Shown piece by piece: positions 15,487 through 26,700 of a stretch of 38,343 nt of DNA. The DNA comes from a virus (taxonomy: Duplodnaviria > Caudoviricetes). The position numbers and the translations under genes are program-made. Location of the stretch: positions 1-38,343 of IMG/VR virus record IMGVR_UViG_3300011339_000343, one strand, 5' to 3'. Position 1 is the stretch's first letter; each line of letters begins with the position of its first letter. Below the pieces are notes generated by a model that searched no databases, had not been told where the DNA came from, and saw nothing but the letters and a program-made list of their open reading frames with translations.

Positions 15487-17709
15487 CTAGTAGGTACCAT
15501 CATCAACGATACCGATGCTCATTTCTCCGGTCGAGTTGTCAACTAAAACCTCGCTGGATTCCAGAACCACACCTAATTGCGATGTACTAGAAATTTGGGC
15601 ACGCCCCCACAACAGCACCAGGGCATCTCGTACATCTGTAACGCCGGGCATGTCCGGCGTAAAGTACGTGCCATCTGACAGGACGTCGTAGTCATTGAAA
15701 GTACCTGTGGCGCCTGATACAACGCCAACTTTTGTCCAGTTAGGGCCTGTGCCTTGACTTAGAACCCAGTCGCCAGCTGCCAGAGATGTTGTGGGAGCTG
15801 GTGTTGTACCAGTACCTCCTGTGGTGACAATTAAGTAGACACCGTTGTTTTGTGGGTTTGGTGCTGCTAACGCTTGACCAATTACCAAACCGGCCTCGGT
15901 GCCATACCGGTTAAGCGATACAACAAGATTTGTTGTTGCGTTGTACGTTCCACCGAAACGAAGATTAAGTTGCGTTGGTGAGCCGTAGCCGACAAGCAGC
16001 CAGTAACCATTAGGTACTGGAGAAACTACACCAATCCATATGTAGGCAGACCGATCAGATGGATTGACCCACCACTGACCCGCAAATTCAGGAATTGGAG
16101 CCGTCTCACTGACTTGTGCAATGCCGTAGTCAGCGAGTTGCGTGGCTGAAACGCTATTCGGAGCAAGGAAATCTCCGGTAAAAGCACCGGTTGTGATTTT
16201 GCTGGCGTCAATGTTGGGAATGTCGGCAGCTATCAAGTTTGATGCGGCACTGACGTGTCCCTGGGCATCAATGGTGATTTTGGTGTAGGTGCCGGGTGTG
16301 GCAGTGTTGCTGTGGTTGAGAACGCCAGTGCCCAGCACGGTAAGTCCCGTACCGGGACGCACGACGCCGTTTGCAACTGAAGTGGCTACAGGTAGGTCTG
16401 TGCCAGCCAGTGCTCGGAAGGTTGGAGTTGCGGCAGAACCAGTCGTAGGACCAGCAAAAACTGTCGCAGCAGTTTGCGTGTCGAGGCCAGTGGTGACTGT
16501 GGCTAGACCATCCGCTGTAACCGATGCTGAAAATGTCAGCGGCGTGGAATCTGAAAAGGCAAAGCTTTGGACGCCGGCTTGCTGTGCCCAAACACTGCCT
16601 GTCCAGCTGTAGGCAAGCCCGGTGTTTGTATTGACCCACTGCTGACCAACAAATGCACCAACGCCGGTGGGAGCATTGCCGGAAACAACGGTGCTGGAGT
16701 TGGCGGCCAGTTTGGCTGCTGTGACAGATGCGGCACCCAGTTCGTCGGTGGTGACGGCACCCGTGGCAATCTTGGCGGTGGTGACTGCATCGGTTGCGAT
16801 GCTGGCGGCAAACGATCCAGTGCCAGAACCTGTTACGTCACCCGTGAGAGTGATGACTTGATCGCCGGTATTGGTGCCGCTAGTCGTACCGGAGTGCGTA
16901 CCAGAAAACGTACCGCTTTGCGTAGCAAGGGTACCGAGACCGAGGGTGGTGCGTTGGGATGCTGCGTTTGCATCATCAAGTAGGGCGCGACCTGCGGCAG
17001 TAAGCGTAATTTCCTCAATTACGCCACCACCCGCACTGGATCGACCTAACAGGGTATCGGTAGCACTGACGTTTTGAATCTTGGCGTAAGTAACTGCATT
17101 GTCAGCGAGTTCATCTGTATTGACTGCCGAGGTGCCAATGGCGGCGTTATCAACTGCACCAGGCACAAACTTGGCTGAGGTGATTGTGGCGTCGGCAATT
17201 TTTGGTGCGGTAATAGCCAGGTTGGCAATTGCAGCAGTGCCGAGGCCAGCGGCGTCAACCTTGGCAGTGGTGACGGCGTTGGCAGCCAGTTTGCCGGTGG
17301 TTACAGCGAGATCCTCGATGCCAGTAGTGGGGGCAACGACTTGCTGATAGACACTGCCGTCGTAGACCTTGAGGTATTTGGTGCTGCTGCTGACGTGACC
17401 ACGACCCTCGAAGTTGTCGGTGGTTGGCTCGGTTGTGCCGTAGTTGATGCTGGAATCGTTGGCCAGCTTGGCCGCTGTGATGGCATCATCTGCCAGAGCA
17501 ACGGTGCCGAGTTTGGTGGTGCTCGACTGGTTGAGTTTGCCAATATCAATGCTGGCGCTGTCCGCTAGAGCTGCTCCAGCTTCAAACAAGTCCTTGGCTG
17601 TGACTTTTTTGGTTTCGCTCGCGCTGATGTCAACAATGGGCAGCACGTCGGTGGCTGCTACGTTGACCTCGCTGAGCTGGGTCAGCTGTGTGATTCTTTG
17701 GTCAGCCAC
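15487..17709 (-). CDS. long tail fibre/structural protein with 10-aa repeats
   Basis: MADQRITQLT N-terminus; repeated AVTTAK(L/I)A units; TYTKITIDAQGHV. Confidence 0.85.
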   Translation of the reverse strand: MADQRITQLTQLSEVNVAATDVLPIVDISASETKKVTAKDLFEAGAALADSASIDIGKLNQSSTTKLGTVALADDAITAAKLANDSSINYGTTEPTTDNFEGRGHVSSSTKYLKVYDGSVYQQVVAPTTGIEDLAVTTGKLAANAVTTAKVDAAGLGTAAIANLAITAPKIADATITSAKFVPGAVDNAAIGTSAVNTDELADNAVTYAKIQNVSATDTLLGRSSAGGGVIEEITLTAAGRALLDDANAASQRTTLGLGTLATQSGTFSGTHSGTTSGTNTGDQVITLTGDVTGSGTGSFAASIATDAVTTAKIATGAVTTDELGAASVTAAKLAANSSTVVSGNAPTGVGAFVGQQWVNTNTGLAYSWTGSVWAQQAGVQSFAFSDSTPLTFSASVTADGLATVTTGLDTQTAATVFAGPTTGSAATPTFRALAGTDLPVATSVANGVVRPGTGLTVLGTGVLNHSNTATPGTYTKITIDAQGHVSAASNLIAADIPNIDASKITTGAFTGDFLAPNSVSATQLADYGIAQVSETAPIPEFAGQWWVNPSDRSAYIWIGVVSPVPNGYWLLVGYGSPTQLNLRFGGTYNATTNLVVSLNRYGTEAGLVIGQALAAPNPQNNGVYLIVTTGGTGTTPAPTTSLAAGDWVLSQGTGPNWTKVGVVSGATGTFNDYDVLSDGTYFTPDMPGVTDVRDALVLLWGRAQISSTSQLGVVLESSEVLVDNSTGEMSIGIVDDGTY

Positions 17710-17746
17710 CCGTTAAACTCCGCGAGACAACATTGTTACTGCCAGT

Positions 17747-18619
17747 CTAGTCTGTGACCTCTGTCAGCAGGAAGTCAAGATTTTGCTGCAGCCGCAAGCG
17801 ATCTGTGTCTTCTTTAAGGATGTAACCAGACGGTTCACCAATCAAAAGTCTGATCTCGCCCGTGGTTACAAAATCAATGGCGCAACTAATGGCCTGATCA
17901 GATCGAACTTCAATACCAGTTTTTGTTATTGTAGCTGAAAATTCATAGTAAATATCTGGCGTAGTAGCGTACACGTCACCATCTGTAATTTGCAAATAAC
18001 ACTGAAATTCGCTGCCAATATCTGTACGGTTAATAAGTTGTAACATCAGTAATGAGTTTTCAACTAATCCGCTATTGCTTACACTAAAAAGACAGTCAAT
18101 AGATCCCGCACCACTAATTAATCCAGCTGAGTACATCCGCTTAAAGCGATCAGACATCGTAGTTGTATCAAGTGTTTCACGGTCTGTATTAAAATTATAC
18201 CCGGTTACATCGCCTAAAATACGTTCCACTGATCCGTAAATCTGCACATCAATAGCGATTGATGCTCCGGTGAAAGCTTCTAGGGGGTATTCGGCAGTTC
18301 TATCATTATTAATTGCATCAGTAAATGTACTAAATAAGCGGATACCTCCGATGGCATTGATACTGACGTAAGCAACGACTTGGTTGAGCGTTGCTCCACC
18401 TCCATCAGGCCACGTTGAAGACGGTAAAAAGTCCAGTCCCCGTGCGTCGCTGGTACTGATGACTACTTGGTCACCTGAAAGCAGATTATCTAGTGATCCA
18501 TCAAAACCAAACCGATTAAGAACTGTGTTGATGTCAGCAGGTGATACCTCCGACGTAAAGGTTTCAGCTGCTTTACGACGCAGTTTGATTTTTCCGTACT
18601 GACCTAAAAAGTAGGTCAT
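17747..18619 (-). CDS. tail-tube-like protein with inserted domain
   Basis: YFLGQYGKIKL...YNFNTDRETLDTTT...GLISGAGSIDC aligns by eye with the major tail protein. Confidence 0.7.
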   Translation of the reverse strand: MTYFLGQYGKIKLRRKAAETFTSEVSPADINTVLNRFGFDGSLDNLLSGDQVVISTSDARGLDFLPSSTWPDGGGATLNQVVAYVSINAIGGIRLFSTFTDAINNDRTAEYPLEAFTGASIAIDVQIYGSVERILGDVTGYNFNTDRETLDTTTMSDRFKRMYSAGLISGAGSIDCLFSVSNSGLVENSLLMLQLINRTDIGSEFQCYLQITDGDVYATTPDIYYEFSATITKTGIEVRSDQAISCAIDFVTTGEIRLLIGEPSGYILKEDTDRLRLQQNLDFLLTEVTD

Positions 18620-19110
18620 GCGTCAATCAATTCACGGAAGGGCCCGTCCACTGTGAACTGAATTGCCACAGAACTCAGTTCGCCAGTGCTGACGCGGAGT
18701 CCAGCACTGGTGATGTAAGCATTAAAGGCGATGTCATCTTTAATGTCACCACCGCTACCGACTGTATCGCCAACACGCAAAATCATACCTACCCGATCTG
18801 CTTCAGTAACGCCAGCTGTTGTACTTTTCATTACACGGGACAGAAATTGATCAAATTGGGTGCCTGGTTCAGTGTTGGTAGTGCCTTCACGCCTGTAGTA
18901 CATCAGTGTGGCGCTACCTGTTGCGCTAGACGCACCGGGGGTGTAACTCTTTACAGCAGTATCAACGGTGGTTGTTTCAAGTAGTTCAAGCGTGGTGTCG
19001 AGGGACCAGTCGCGCAATTTTAGAGCTGCTTCGGTGGCGACAGGCGTAACCCCTCCAGTGCCAACACTTGTGAGGTATAAGGCGCCAGTGCGACCTGTGT
19101 AAAACGCCAT
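18616..19110 (-). CDS. tail-tube-like protein
   Basis: FYTGRTGALYL...RDWSLDTTLELLETTT...KSYTPG...ATGSATL aligns by eye with the major tail protein. Confidence 0.75.
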   Translation of the reverse strand: MAFYTGRTGALYLTSVGTGGVTPVATEAALKLRDWSLDTTLELLETTTVDTAVKSYTPGASSATGSATLMYYRREGTTNTEPGTQFDQFLSRVMKSTTAGVTEADRVGMILRVGDTVGSGGDIKDDIAFNAYITSAGLRVSTGELSSVAIQFTVDGPFRELIDA

Positions 19111-19130
19111 TTGTGGGACCTAACTTTGCT

Positions 19131-22100
19131 TTAGCTTAGCGCCCCTGTCACAGTAAATAAAGCGTCGCTGAAATCAGCAATTAGTGAATTGTCGCTGCTG
19201 TCACAGGGATACTCGCTAGCTCGCACGGTGATCTCGCCCTCCTCATCCATCTGCACCTCGCTCACCCTGAAGATGCGCTTGGAGTTGACCTGGGTGCCGA
19301 GTACAAACAACCAGCCGTCATAGGCGGACAAAGCGTTGGCGGTATTTCCGGCCACGGTGGTTTCGAGGCTTACGACGCCGTTACCGCTGCGGTACAACAG
19401 AAACTTGTACGTGCCGTTTGGCAGATTGTTGTCCAGCGGAACGTTCAAGCTGCCGCCAGGACCAACGACGCCTGTGCGGATGCCGTTCCAAGCATTCTGA
19501 CCAATGTCCAAGTAGATGAATGCCCCTGGTGCGATGGGGTCCTGGGTCGGGAAGGTGCGGAACTCGATGGCGCGGCGAACGTGGCGGCGCAGGTTACACA
19601 GCAACTTGGCGTACAGGATTGCTTGTCTCGCTGTGGTCACGAACTGAGACAGGTCGAACGTCTGGCGGATTGCGTCGTTGTCCGAGGCGTCTTTCAGCTT
19701 GACTTCGAGAGTGCGGTTGCGAGCAAACGTACCGTTGATGTCAGTGTCGCGGTAGATGACCGAGGCAATCAGATCTTGGACGTTGGAGCCGTAGTCCAGA
19801 TACTCTTCTTTGTAGCTGTCTTCAAGGATGTTGCCTTGGTTGAACAGGGCCGTAATGCTGATCTGTCGTTGCAGTTCCCCGGTGTTGGGGTTGTAGGGAA
19901 CGGCAGGCACCAGCGTTTCTCGGCCACCGATGCGGGCAAACTCCAGCAAACTGAACGGTGCTGCCTGCACCCAGAACTCGCGCCAGCTACTGGGATCGGC
20001 AATGACGCCATCCATGAACAGCTTGTTGACCTCGCAGAACTTTTTGGTGCGGGCCAGCTGCTCCACGTTGATGCCGTCGATGACGGCGTACTTCCCGATG
20101 CCGTCGTCAGGATCCAATACGGAGTCCAAAAAGATGTCAGGCGCGTAGCAAGTTGCCCCGTTTGCAGCATTGGGTATGTAGTTGTAGTTAGCTTGGCCCC
20201 AAGGCGTGTTGTTCTCATCTACGCCACTGGTGCGGAGGCGGCGAACATCTCTGCCCTGGGAGACAAAGGCGGTAAAGCTCCTGAGGTCCTGCAGGTTACG
20301 GCCTGAAAAGACATTGAACCCAACCAAGTTGAGGTCGTTATAGAGCTGGGGATAATCGGTAAACGGTTGTAACAGTTGCTCTGTCACGCAGGTCAACGAC
20401 ATTTCGGGGCCGTTGTCAAACGAGAATTGCAGTTGGTTGTCCGAGTCAAGGTTGAACAAGTCCCACTCGTTCAAGCCACTGGGGTTTTCGTTGAGTGGGG
20501 GTAAGCCGCTGGCACTGTTGATCAGGCGACCTGTGAATTGAACAGACGCACCATCAAGCAGAGGCTGGGTGACGGCAGCGCCAGAGTTTTCCACGTACAA
20601 GTAAGCCACTTGCCCATTGGAGCCGCGCAGTTCTGGGTGCTTGGCTAGTTCGGACTGGGGGTCTGCTACGGGTTCCAGCTTGAACTGCCAGAACTTGGCA
20701 TCTGCAACAGCTGTCTTACCACTGTTGAATTTGATGTAATTGAAGTTTTCAATGTTGTTTGTTCTACTGATCGCAAAAAATCCAGGGGCATAGACAAAGG
20801 ATCCGCCAGCAATTTTGTATTGGAGCAGAAACAGACTGGTGCGGTTTTTGAATCCGTTGTCGCTGGCTGGGTAACCGCCTCTATTTTGTGAGCCATACCG
20901 CTCTTGGCGGCCCGAGAGTTGTTTGGATACGTTGCTCTTGATTGCAAGATCGACAATATGACAAGGCTGTAAGGTTTGGTACGACGCCTCCTCAAAGCGA
21001 GTTAGGGCTTTGGTATAGAAGTAGTCGTTGGCCTCGTAGGTAGAAATTAAACCATCAAGTCGTTTGAGAGTTGTGTACGCAGCTTGCTCGTCGGGAGTAA
21101 AATTGCGATCTTTGCCATAGCCGTTAAATACGGAATACGAACCACCTCTTCCTCTTCCTCTTCCTGTAGTCTGTGTGTATCTTGCGCTATATACTCCGTC
21201 GCCGCTCATTACTTCGTCTATTGAATACTTTGTGGTTACAGTAGGAGTAAAACGTGAGCCACCTCTTCCGCTTACCCCTGGCGTAGTGCGTGTGCGTTGG
21301 TCCGCATTGTATGCAGCATTTACTAAAGCAGTTGCGCCTTTGTACTCAGCACTGTCTAGGACAGAATTTTTGAATCGTGTGCTATCACTTTCGATAGTTT
21401 GGCTTGCGTACTCAAGAACTGGAGCGTTTCCGCTCTCAATGCACACAAGTTTTACGATCATGTCTTTTTCATCTGGCGACCCAACGTTGATGGACTTAAC
21501 GCGGAATTTTGCTGATCCCAGTTTGAATAGGCCGCTGTCGTCAAAGGTGCTAGCAAGTGCGCGGCGCGTTTCTTGTGCCTGGGTATTGACGTCGTTGACC
21601 TCGGTATTGGTGGCTTGGATGGTGATAGTGAATTCAAAACCAGCACCGACAGATTGGGTGGATGTCCAGTCCCAGGTGGAGTAGATGCCCAGGGGGGCGG
21701 CTTCCTTGTCTCCAGCTTCATTGCGTTGGTACACCTCAACGTTGACGGGCACAACGCCGTAGATGCCAATGCTGTTCTGCGTGGCTGGTGAATAGGCTTG
21801 GCTAAAACCGTCGCTCCGCACATTTTCAGAGGTGGTCTGGATGCGGTAGGGGTTGTTGGTGGCCGTGCCGTAGAGCGTTGGATCGTCAACAGACTGGGCA
21901 CCCGTGATGTCAGCCCATTGCAATGCTCCAGTGCCGTTGGGGCGGAAGTACAGCCACTTGTTTTCTGCTGTGATGTCCGACAGTGCTGTCTGGCCAAAAG
22001 CACTTTTGCTGGTGTTGATCGAGCGGATACCGCCAGCTCCAAGCACCATGAGCATCTGCACAAACTGGGTGGAGCCGTAACTGCGAACAGCTGACCAGAT

Positions 22101-22496
22101 CAGCGAGGCTGCCAGCCGGACACCGCCGTTGGGATTGGTAGTTGTGTCGGTGTAGACGAGGTTGATGGGGTCGCCGTACTTGGCCAGTTCCTGTTGGCTG
22201 TTAAAGCCGAACCGAGGGGAGAAACGTTGGTCGCGAGTTTGGCGCTGACCAAACGCTTCCGACGATGGAAGCCTAGGTTTTGGTGCAAGCAAGATGGACG
22301 CAACTTGCGCCAACAAGCCAATGACAGCCAACACAATGGCAACAATCGTTCCAGGCTCATTTCTAATGTCTAAAACAGTACCTTCTTTAACGTCTGTGTA
22401 GGTTTGCTGAACAGCTAAAAATTCAAGGTACTCTTCTTTTGTAACGCCCAGTGTCTCGATCAGATCGTATTCGTAAGGAAGCAGTTTGCGAGTCAT
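19131..22496 (-). CDS. central tail tip / host specificity protein (lambda I/J-like)
   Basis: ~1120 aa after L/K-like genes; ATG 22496 in ATGA overlap; N-terminal hydrophobic segment then LLAPKP, KYGDPINLVY; C-terminal FRVSEV...ITVRASEY. Confidence 0.85.
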   Translation of the reverse strand: MTRKLLPYEYDLIETLGVTKEEYLEFLAVQQTYTDVKEGTVLDIRNEPGTIVAIVLAVIGLLAQVASILLAPKPRLPSSEAFGQRQTRDQRFSPRFGFNSQQELAKYGDPINLVYTDTTTNPNGGVRLAASLIWSAVRSYGSTQFVQMLMVLGAGGIRSINTSKSAFGQTALSDITAENKWLYFRPNGTGALQWADITGAQSVDDPTLYGTATNNPYRIQTTSENVRSDGFSQAYSPATQNSIGIYGVVPVNVEVYQRNEAGDKEAAPLGIYSTWDWTSTQSVGAGFEFTITIQATNTEVNDVNTQAQETRRALASTFDDSGLFKLGSAKFRVKSINVGSPDEKDMIVKLVCIESGNAPVLEYASQTIESDSTRFKNSVLDSAEYKGATALVNAAYNADQRTRTTPGVSGRGGSRFTPTVTTKYSIDEVMSGDGVYSARYTQTTGRGRGRGGSYSVFNGYGKDRNFTPDEQAAYTTLKRLDGLISTYEANDYFYTKALTRFEEASYQTLQPCHIVDLAIKSNVSKQLSGRQERYGSQNRGGYPASDNGFKNRTSLFLLQYKIAGGSFVYAPGFFAISRTNNIENFNYIKFNSGKTAVADAKFWQFKLEPVADPQSELAKHPELRGSNGQVAYLYVENSGAAVTQPLLDGASVQFTGRLINSASGLPPLNENPSGLNEWDLFNLDSDNQLQFSFDNGPEMSLTCVTEQLLQPFTDYPQLYNDLNLVGFNVFSGRNLQDLRSFTAFVSQGRDVRRLRTSGVDENNTPWGQANYNYIPNAANGATCYAPDIFLDSVLDPDDGIGKYAVIDGINVEQLARTKKFCEVNKLFMDGVIADPSSWREFWVQAAPFSLLEFARIGGRETLVPAVPYNPNTGELQRQISITALFNQGNILEDSYKEEYLDYGSNVQDLIASVIYRDTDINGTFARNRTLEVKLKDASDNDAIRQTFDLSQFVTTARQAILYAKLLCNLRRHVRRAIEFRTFPTQDPIAPGAFIYLDIGQNAWNGIRTGVVGPGGSLNVPLDNNLPNGTYKFLLYRSGNGVVSLETTVAGNTANALSAYDGWLFVLGTQVNSKRIFRVSEVQMDEEGEITVRASEYPCDSSDNSLIADFSDALFTVTGALS

Positions 22497-22879
22497 GGGT
22501 GCATCCAAAAACAGTAACCAAGGCTGTCCAAAATTAGTGCGCGGATTACCTTTCCGCTAGGGCCTAGAAATATGGTCGTGCCGTCACTCAGATACGTGGC
22601 CAGTGCTGCTCCTTTTTCGAGGGGTAGTAAACGCACCGCTCCAGGGACTGGAACCTTTAAACGCTCACCGCACTGGAGCAACCAGCGAGCAATCTTGGCC
22701 CGGTTGAACTGCTCATCTACAAATTCTGTGTAGACCCAGGCAAACCGCTCGCTGTAGTCGGACATGCCCAGGCGGCGGCGTACTTCACAGGCCAACTGGA
22801 AGCAGTCGGTCTTGCCGCTACCGTCTCCAGGTGCATGGTTCCAGCCATACTTCAGCCCAATCAAATCGTTCAGATTCAT
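22493..22879 (-). CDS. NlpC/P60-like tail tip assembly protein (lambda K-like)
   Basis: DLIGLKY...KTDCFQL motif and position between L- and J-like genes. Confidence 0.7.
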   Translation of the reverse strand: MNLNDLIGLKYGWNHAPGDGSGKTDCFQLACEVRRRLGMSDYSERFAWVYTEFVDEQFNRAKIARWLLQCGERLKVPVPGAVRLLPLEKGAALATYLSDGTTIFLGPSGKVIRALILDSLGYCFWMHP

Positions 22880-23346
22880 TGGAGATACAGCTGCGAATCC
22901 AATGGTAATGGACCTACCAGTGCTTGGGTAAGTGTACGACCAGGAAAATTGGACACCACGCTATCAATAGCTGAGCGGAATCGTAGTTCCACCGTGGTGT
23001 CGCTAAGGGATGCGCCAGTGCCGATGTAGTACTCGGTTTGGACGTTACGGGTGTAGGCGTTGTCTCGGGTAAGCCATTGGGTGGTTAGGACCAGGGTGCT
23101 TAACCGGTTGCCGTCACCTTGATTGAGCAGCTGCAGTACAAAGTCAATGTTGGGGAACAGCACCTGCAGGACTGTGTTTTCGCCGTTGAGGGAGGCCATG
23201 GAACCTTCAGCTCGAAACGGGGCATAACTGTAGTTTTTGCCGCCGTAGGTAATGGTTTCGTAGGCAAAGTAGTTCTGATACCGGTGGTTGACACCAGCAG
23301 CTGTTGTCAGCTGGAAAAATTGGCAGATCCGAATGTCGAGCGTCAT
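22876..23346 (-). CDS. tail tip protein (lambda L-like)
   Basis: YSYAPF...VELRFRSAID...FPGRTL; synteny. Confidence 0.7.
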   Translation of the reverse strand: MTLDIRICQFFQLTTAAGVNHRYQNYFAYETITYGGKNYSYAPFRAEGSMASLNGENTVLQVLFPNIDFVLQLLNQGDGNRLSTLVLTTQWLTRDNAYTRNVQTEYYIGTGASLSDTTVELRFRSAIDSVVSNFPGRTLTQALVGPLPLDSQLYLQ

Positions 23347-23750
23347 CAGTCGTCAGATCCTGGGTCGCGGATCTCACCAAGCAGCTGGACCTGGACGCGA
23401 GATACACCAGGGCGGATGGATTCCACAGCCGGTGGTTGGCTGTATTCCCACCGCAAGTTATCGACGGATCCATCCGCTAAAGCGGTCAGGTTGCTGTTGA
23501 GGCCCGCCATTGTTGTGGCCGTTACCTTGAAGCGTTGGTTGACGGCAGTTTGGCTGCGGTAGTGATTAAGAATTGCTACAACCTTGTCATCTGCAATGTT
23601 CTCAAAGTCCAGGTTCAGCGTGGCGCCAGTTGGCCTATTGCCAAAGGTACGCTTGACCACAACACCAGCCAGTGAGCGGTAGCTCTTTTGTGGGTAGGTG
23701 CCAGGGTTGAATTGGCGTTTGGTTGGGGCGTAGGCGGGGAAGGTTGCCAT
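23346..23750 (-). CDS. distal tail protein (lambda M-like)
   Basis: 134 aa directly after tape measure (TAATG overlap). Confidence 0.7.
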   Translation of the reverse strand: MATFPAYAPTKRQFNPGTYPQKSYRSLAGVVVKRTFGNRPTGATLNLDFENIADDKVVAILNHYRSQTAVNQRFKVTATTMAGLNSNLTALADGSVDNLRWEYSQPPAVESIRPGVSRVQVQLLGEIRDPGSDD

Positions 23751-26700
23751 TAGCGGAGGCCCACGCGGCTACGGGTTTGCGGTGATTGTTGCAGGCGATC
23801 CAGCGTCATGCTCATTCCACGCTTGGCACCATCGCGTGATGCGTCGCGGCGGGTTTGGGCCATGGCAGCCTCAAGTTGATCGCGGCTGACGTAATCCGTA
23901 TCGCCAAAGCGAGTTGTTTCAAAACTCATATTAAGCACTGGTGAACCGCCCATGCCTGGTGCGCCACCCATTGCCTCGCGGAGGCCAGAAGCGTTGACGC
24001 CAAGCTTGCCGCCAGCGCCACGCGATAGGGGCATGATGGCCTCTGGACCAGCCTCGCCCATCAGACCTGTTTGCGTGGTGCCGCCGTTGGCAAATTTGAA
24101 CAACGTGGGTGATCCAACGATTCCACCAGATGCAAATTTGGATATCCCGTTACCAAATACTCCACCTTTGGCGTACGCACCACCTACATTTCCGAGATTT
24201 CCTAGGGGATTATTTATACTTGCTGGCGCGTTTAAGTCTGAAATTTTTCCACCTCCACCAGTAACAGCGCCAAGTGCTTTGAGGATAGTTTGCAGAATGA
24301 TCATGGTCATCTGCTTGGCGATGATCTGAGCGGCCATATCCAGGAACATACTGGCCACGTCCTTGAAGAAGCTGCTCAGTGCTTCGCGGGCAGTCATGCT
24401 GCCGTCAATCAGACCTTTGAAAGCATTACCAAATGCGTTGCCGATGCCATCCGCAACACTAATAGCAATATTACCAAGATTAGTAAGTTCGGCAAGTTCT
24501 TTTTTAAGCTCACCAATACGACCTTCAATTTTTTCAACTGGAGTTTGAACTTGCTTAGCTGCTGCCCCTTTTGCATCTTGTACAGCTCCAGGAGTTGCGT
24601 CCTGGAGTGCTTTACGCAAATCCAAAATTTCTTGTAGTTTTTTACGTAATTCTTCTTGTGCAGGAGTAAGTTGTCCAAGAACTTCAAGTTCTGCTAAGTA
24701 TGCAACAGCTGCAGCATACGACTCGTTTGTATTTTGAAGTTTTGCGGGTAGTAGTTTTTCCAGTGCCCCATCAAGAGCTTTTGTTGTTTCGGTTATTTGA
24801 CGAGTGAGTTCAAATACACGGATTTCTCCTTCGATAATTTCAGGCGCTACACCTTCTAAAGCTAAACGATTGCGTAATTTACGCACTGCAATTTCATCGT
24901 TAATAGCTTTAGTTTGTGCTTCAAATTGTGTTACGGATTGAAGCACTGTCTGGGTAAGCGCCAGGGCAGCTTCTTCTGTATTTACTTTTTTGCGAGCTTG
25001 CGCAAGAGCATTAAATTGTTCGGTTAATTTTTTAGCTGCTTTAGTTTGGGCGTCAATACCAGCTGTAGAAGGTTGCGCCAAAGCCGGAGCAGCTGCCATA
25101 CTAGGTAAAGAACTTGGTTTAATGTAGCCTTGTGCAATTTGAGTTTTAGCGGTTTCTGTTTCTGTAACAACTTTACTAAAACCATCAATAATAGTTTGCC
25201 AGAATGCAAGTTGATCTTTGGTTACGTTTGACAAAGTTAAATTAGCTTTAGCAGTAGCAATTTCTGCTTGTGCTCCGGCCCTTATATTTGATAGTTCGAT
25301 AGCAGCAGTTTGAATTGTTTGTTCATAGTTTTTACGGTTAAGCTCTGCATTTTGACGTGCGATTTGATCGTTGATACGTTGAATTTTTACTTGGTTGTCG
25401 TAATTTGTACGCGCAATAGTTTTAGCGTTGTCCAGTTTAAAACGTTCATTATCTATGTCTAACCGGATAAGATCCAGTTTTGCTTGCTCTTGAGCATTTG
25501 CAGCCTCACCGTTAATACGTTTTACTTCAATGCTGTACTTATCTAATGCAGCTGTGATCTCTGCGGTAAGCCCCGTACCACCGCCCAGTGCAATCTGAGT
25601 GCGTGTTGCTTGGTTTTGAGCTTGTTGAATTTCTAAATTGCCTTTTTCTTTAACAAGATCCAGCTGTTTTTGCTGGTTTGCAATCCGCATATCTTGCGCC
25701 CGACGCTCATACTGCTGATTAAGATCTGCTTGCTGGCGCTGAAGGGACAAAACAAGATCAAAATACTGCTCAGCATTTTGACGTTTAGTATCCTGCTGGG
25801 CACGTTCTGCCTCAGCAAGAGTTACATACAACTCTTGATTCTTTTTAAGTACATTATCAATATCTTGTTGTGTAAGTTGTGCATTTTCTTTTCCTTTATT
25901 TTTTAAAAATTGTTTGTATATATCTATCTGTTTACGTACATTATCCGTTAGAACGACAGGATCTGCCATAAATTCTGATGCTGAAGCAGTGCGTGCTTTT
26001 TGAACATTGGTTGCAAATTGTTCAGCCTGTTTTGTTTTTCCTTCTTTATTTAATTGTCTATATAGTGTAGTAACATCCTGAAAAGTTTGAGCTTGTTTAT
26101 TTTGTTGATTGATATTACCTAGCGTTTTGCTTATTTCTTTTATAAATGCAGCTAGTGGACCAGCCACAAATGCTTGCATCTGCAAGCTAAATTCAGCCCA
26201 CGTGCGACTTAACTCATCGGACGCTTTGCCAGCTTCTGATAAAGCTTGTAGTCCACTAGAACCTATAATGTCTATAAGGCGTTCTTGAACTTGATTTGCA
26301 GCTTCTTGTACCCGTCCAGAATCAATTAGTAGTTTAATTTGATACTCTTGTTCTTTATTAGTAAATACCATTGCAGTTTTAAGCGCTTCAAAATTACCTA
26401 TTAGATCATTTACACTGGCACCCATAGTGAGTACACCAGCAACAAACTGATCGACCAATGTGCCGATGGCGCTTGTAACCACGGACATCATTGGGTTGCC
26501 TTGGTACAGGCCGCCTGCTGCGCCACCCAGTACAGCGCCAGCTCCTCCCCCAAACAGAAGTGGGAAACCTGCTCCAAGGGCTACATTCTCAACTGTTCTT
26601 TGACGTCCCTTTTTAGTTTCTTCTCTTCCCTGAAGACGCTTGTCAAAATCCTTTAGGGCTGCCATATTGGTTTTTTTTCTGGCATTGAAAACAACGTCAA

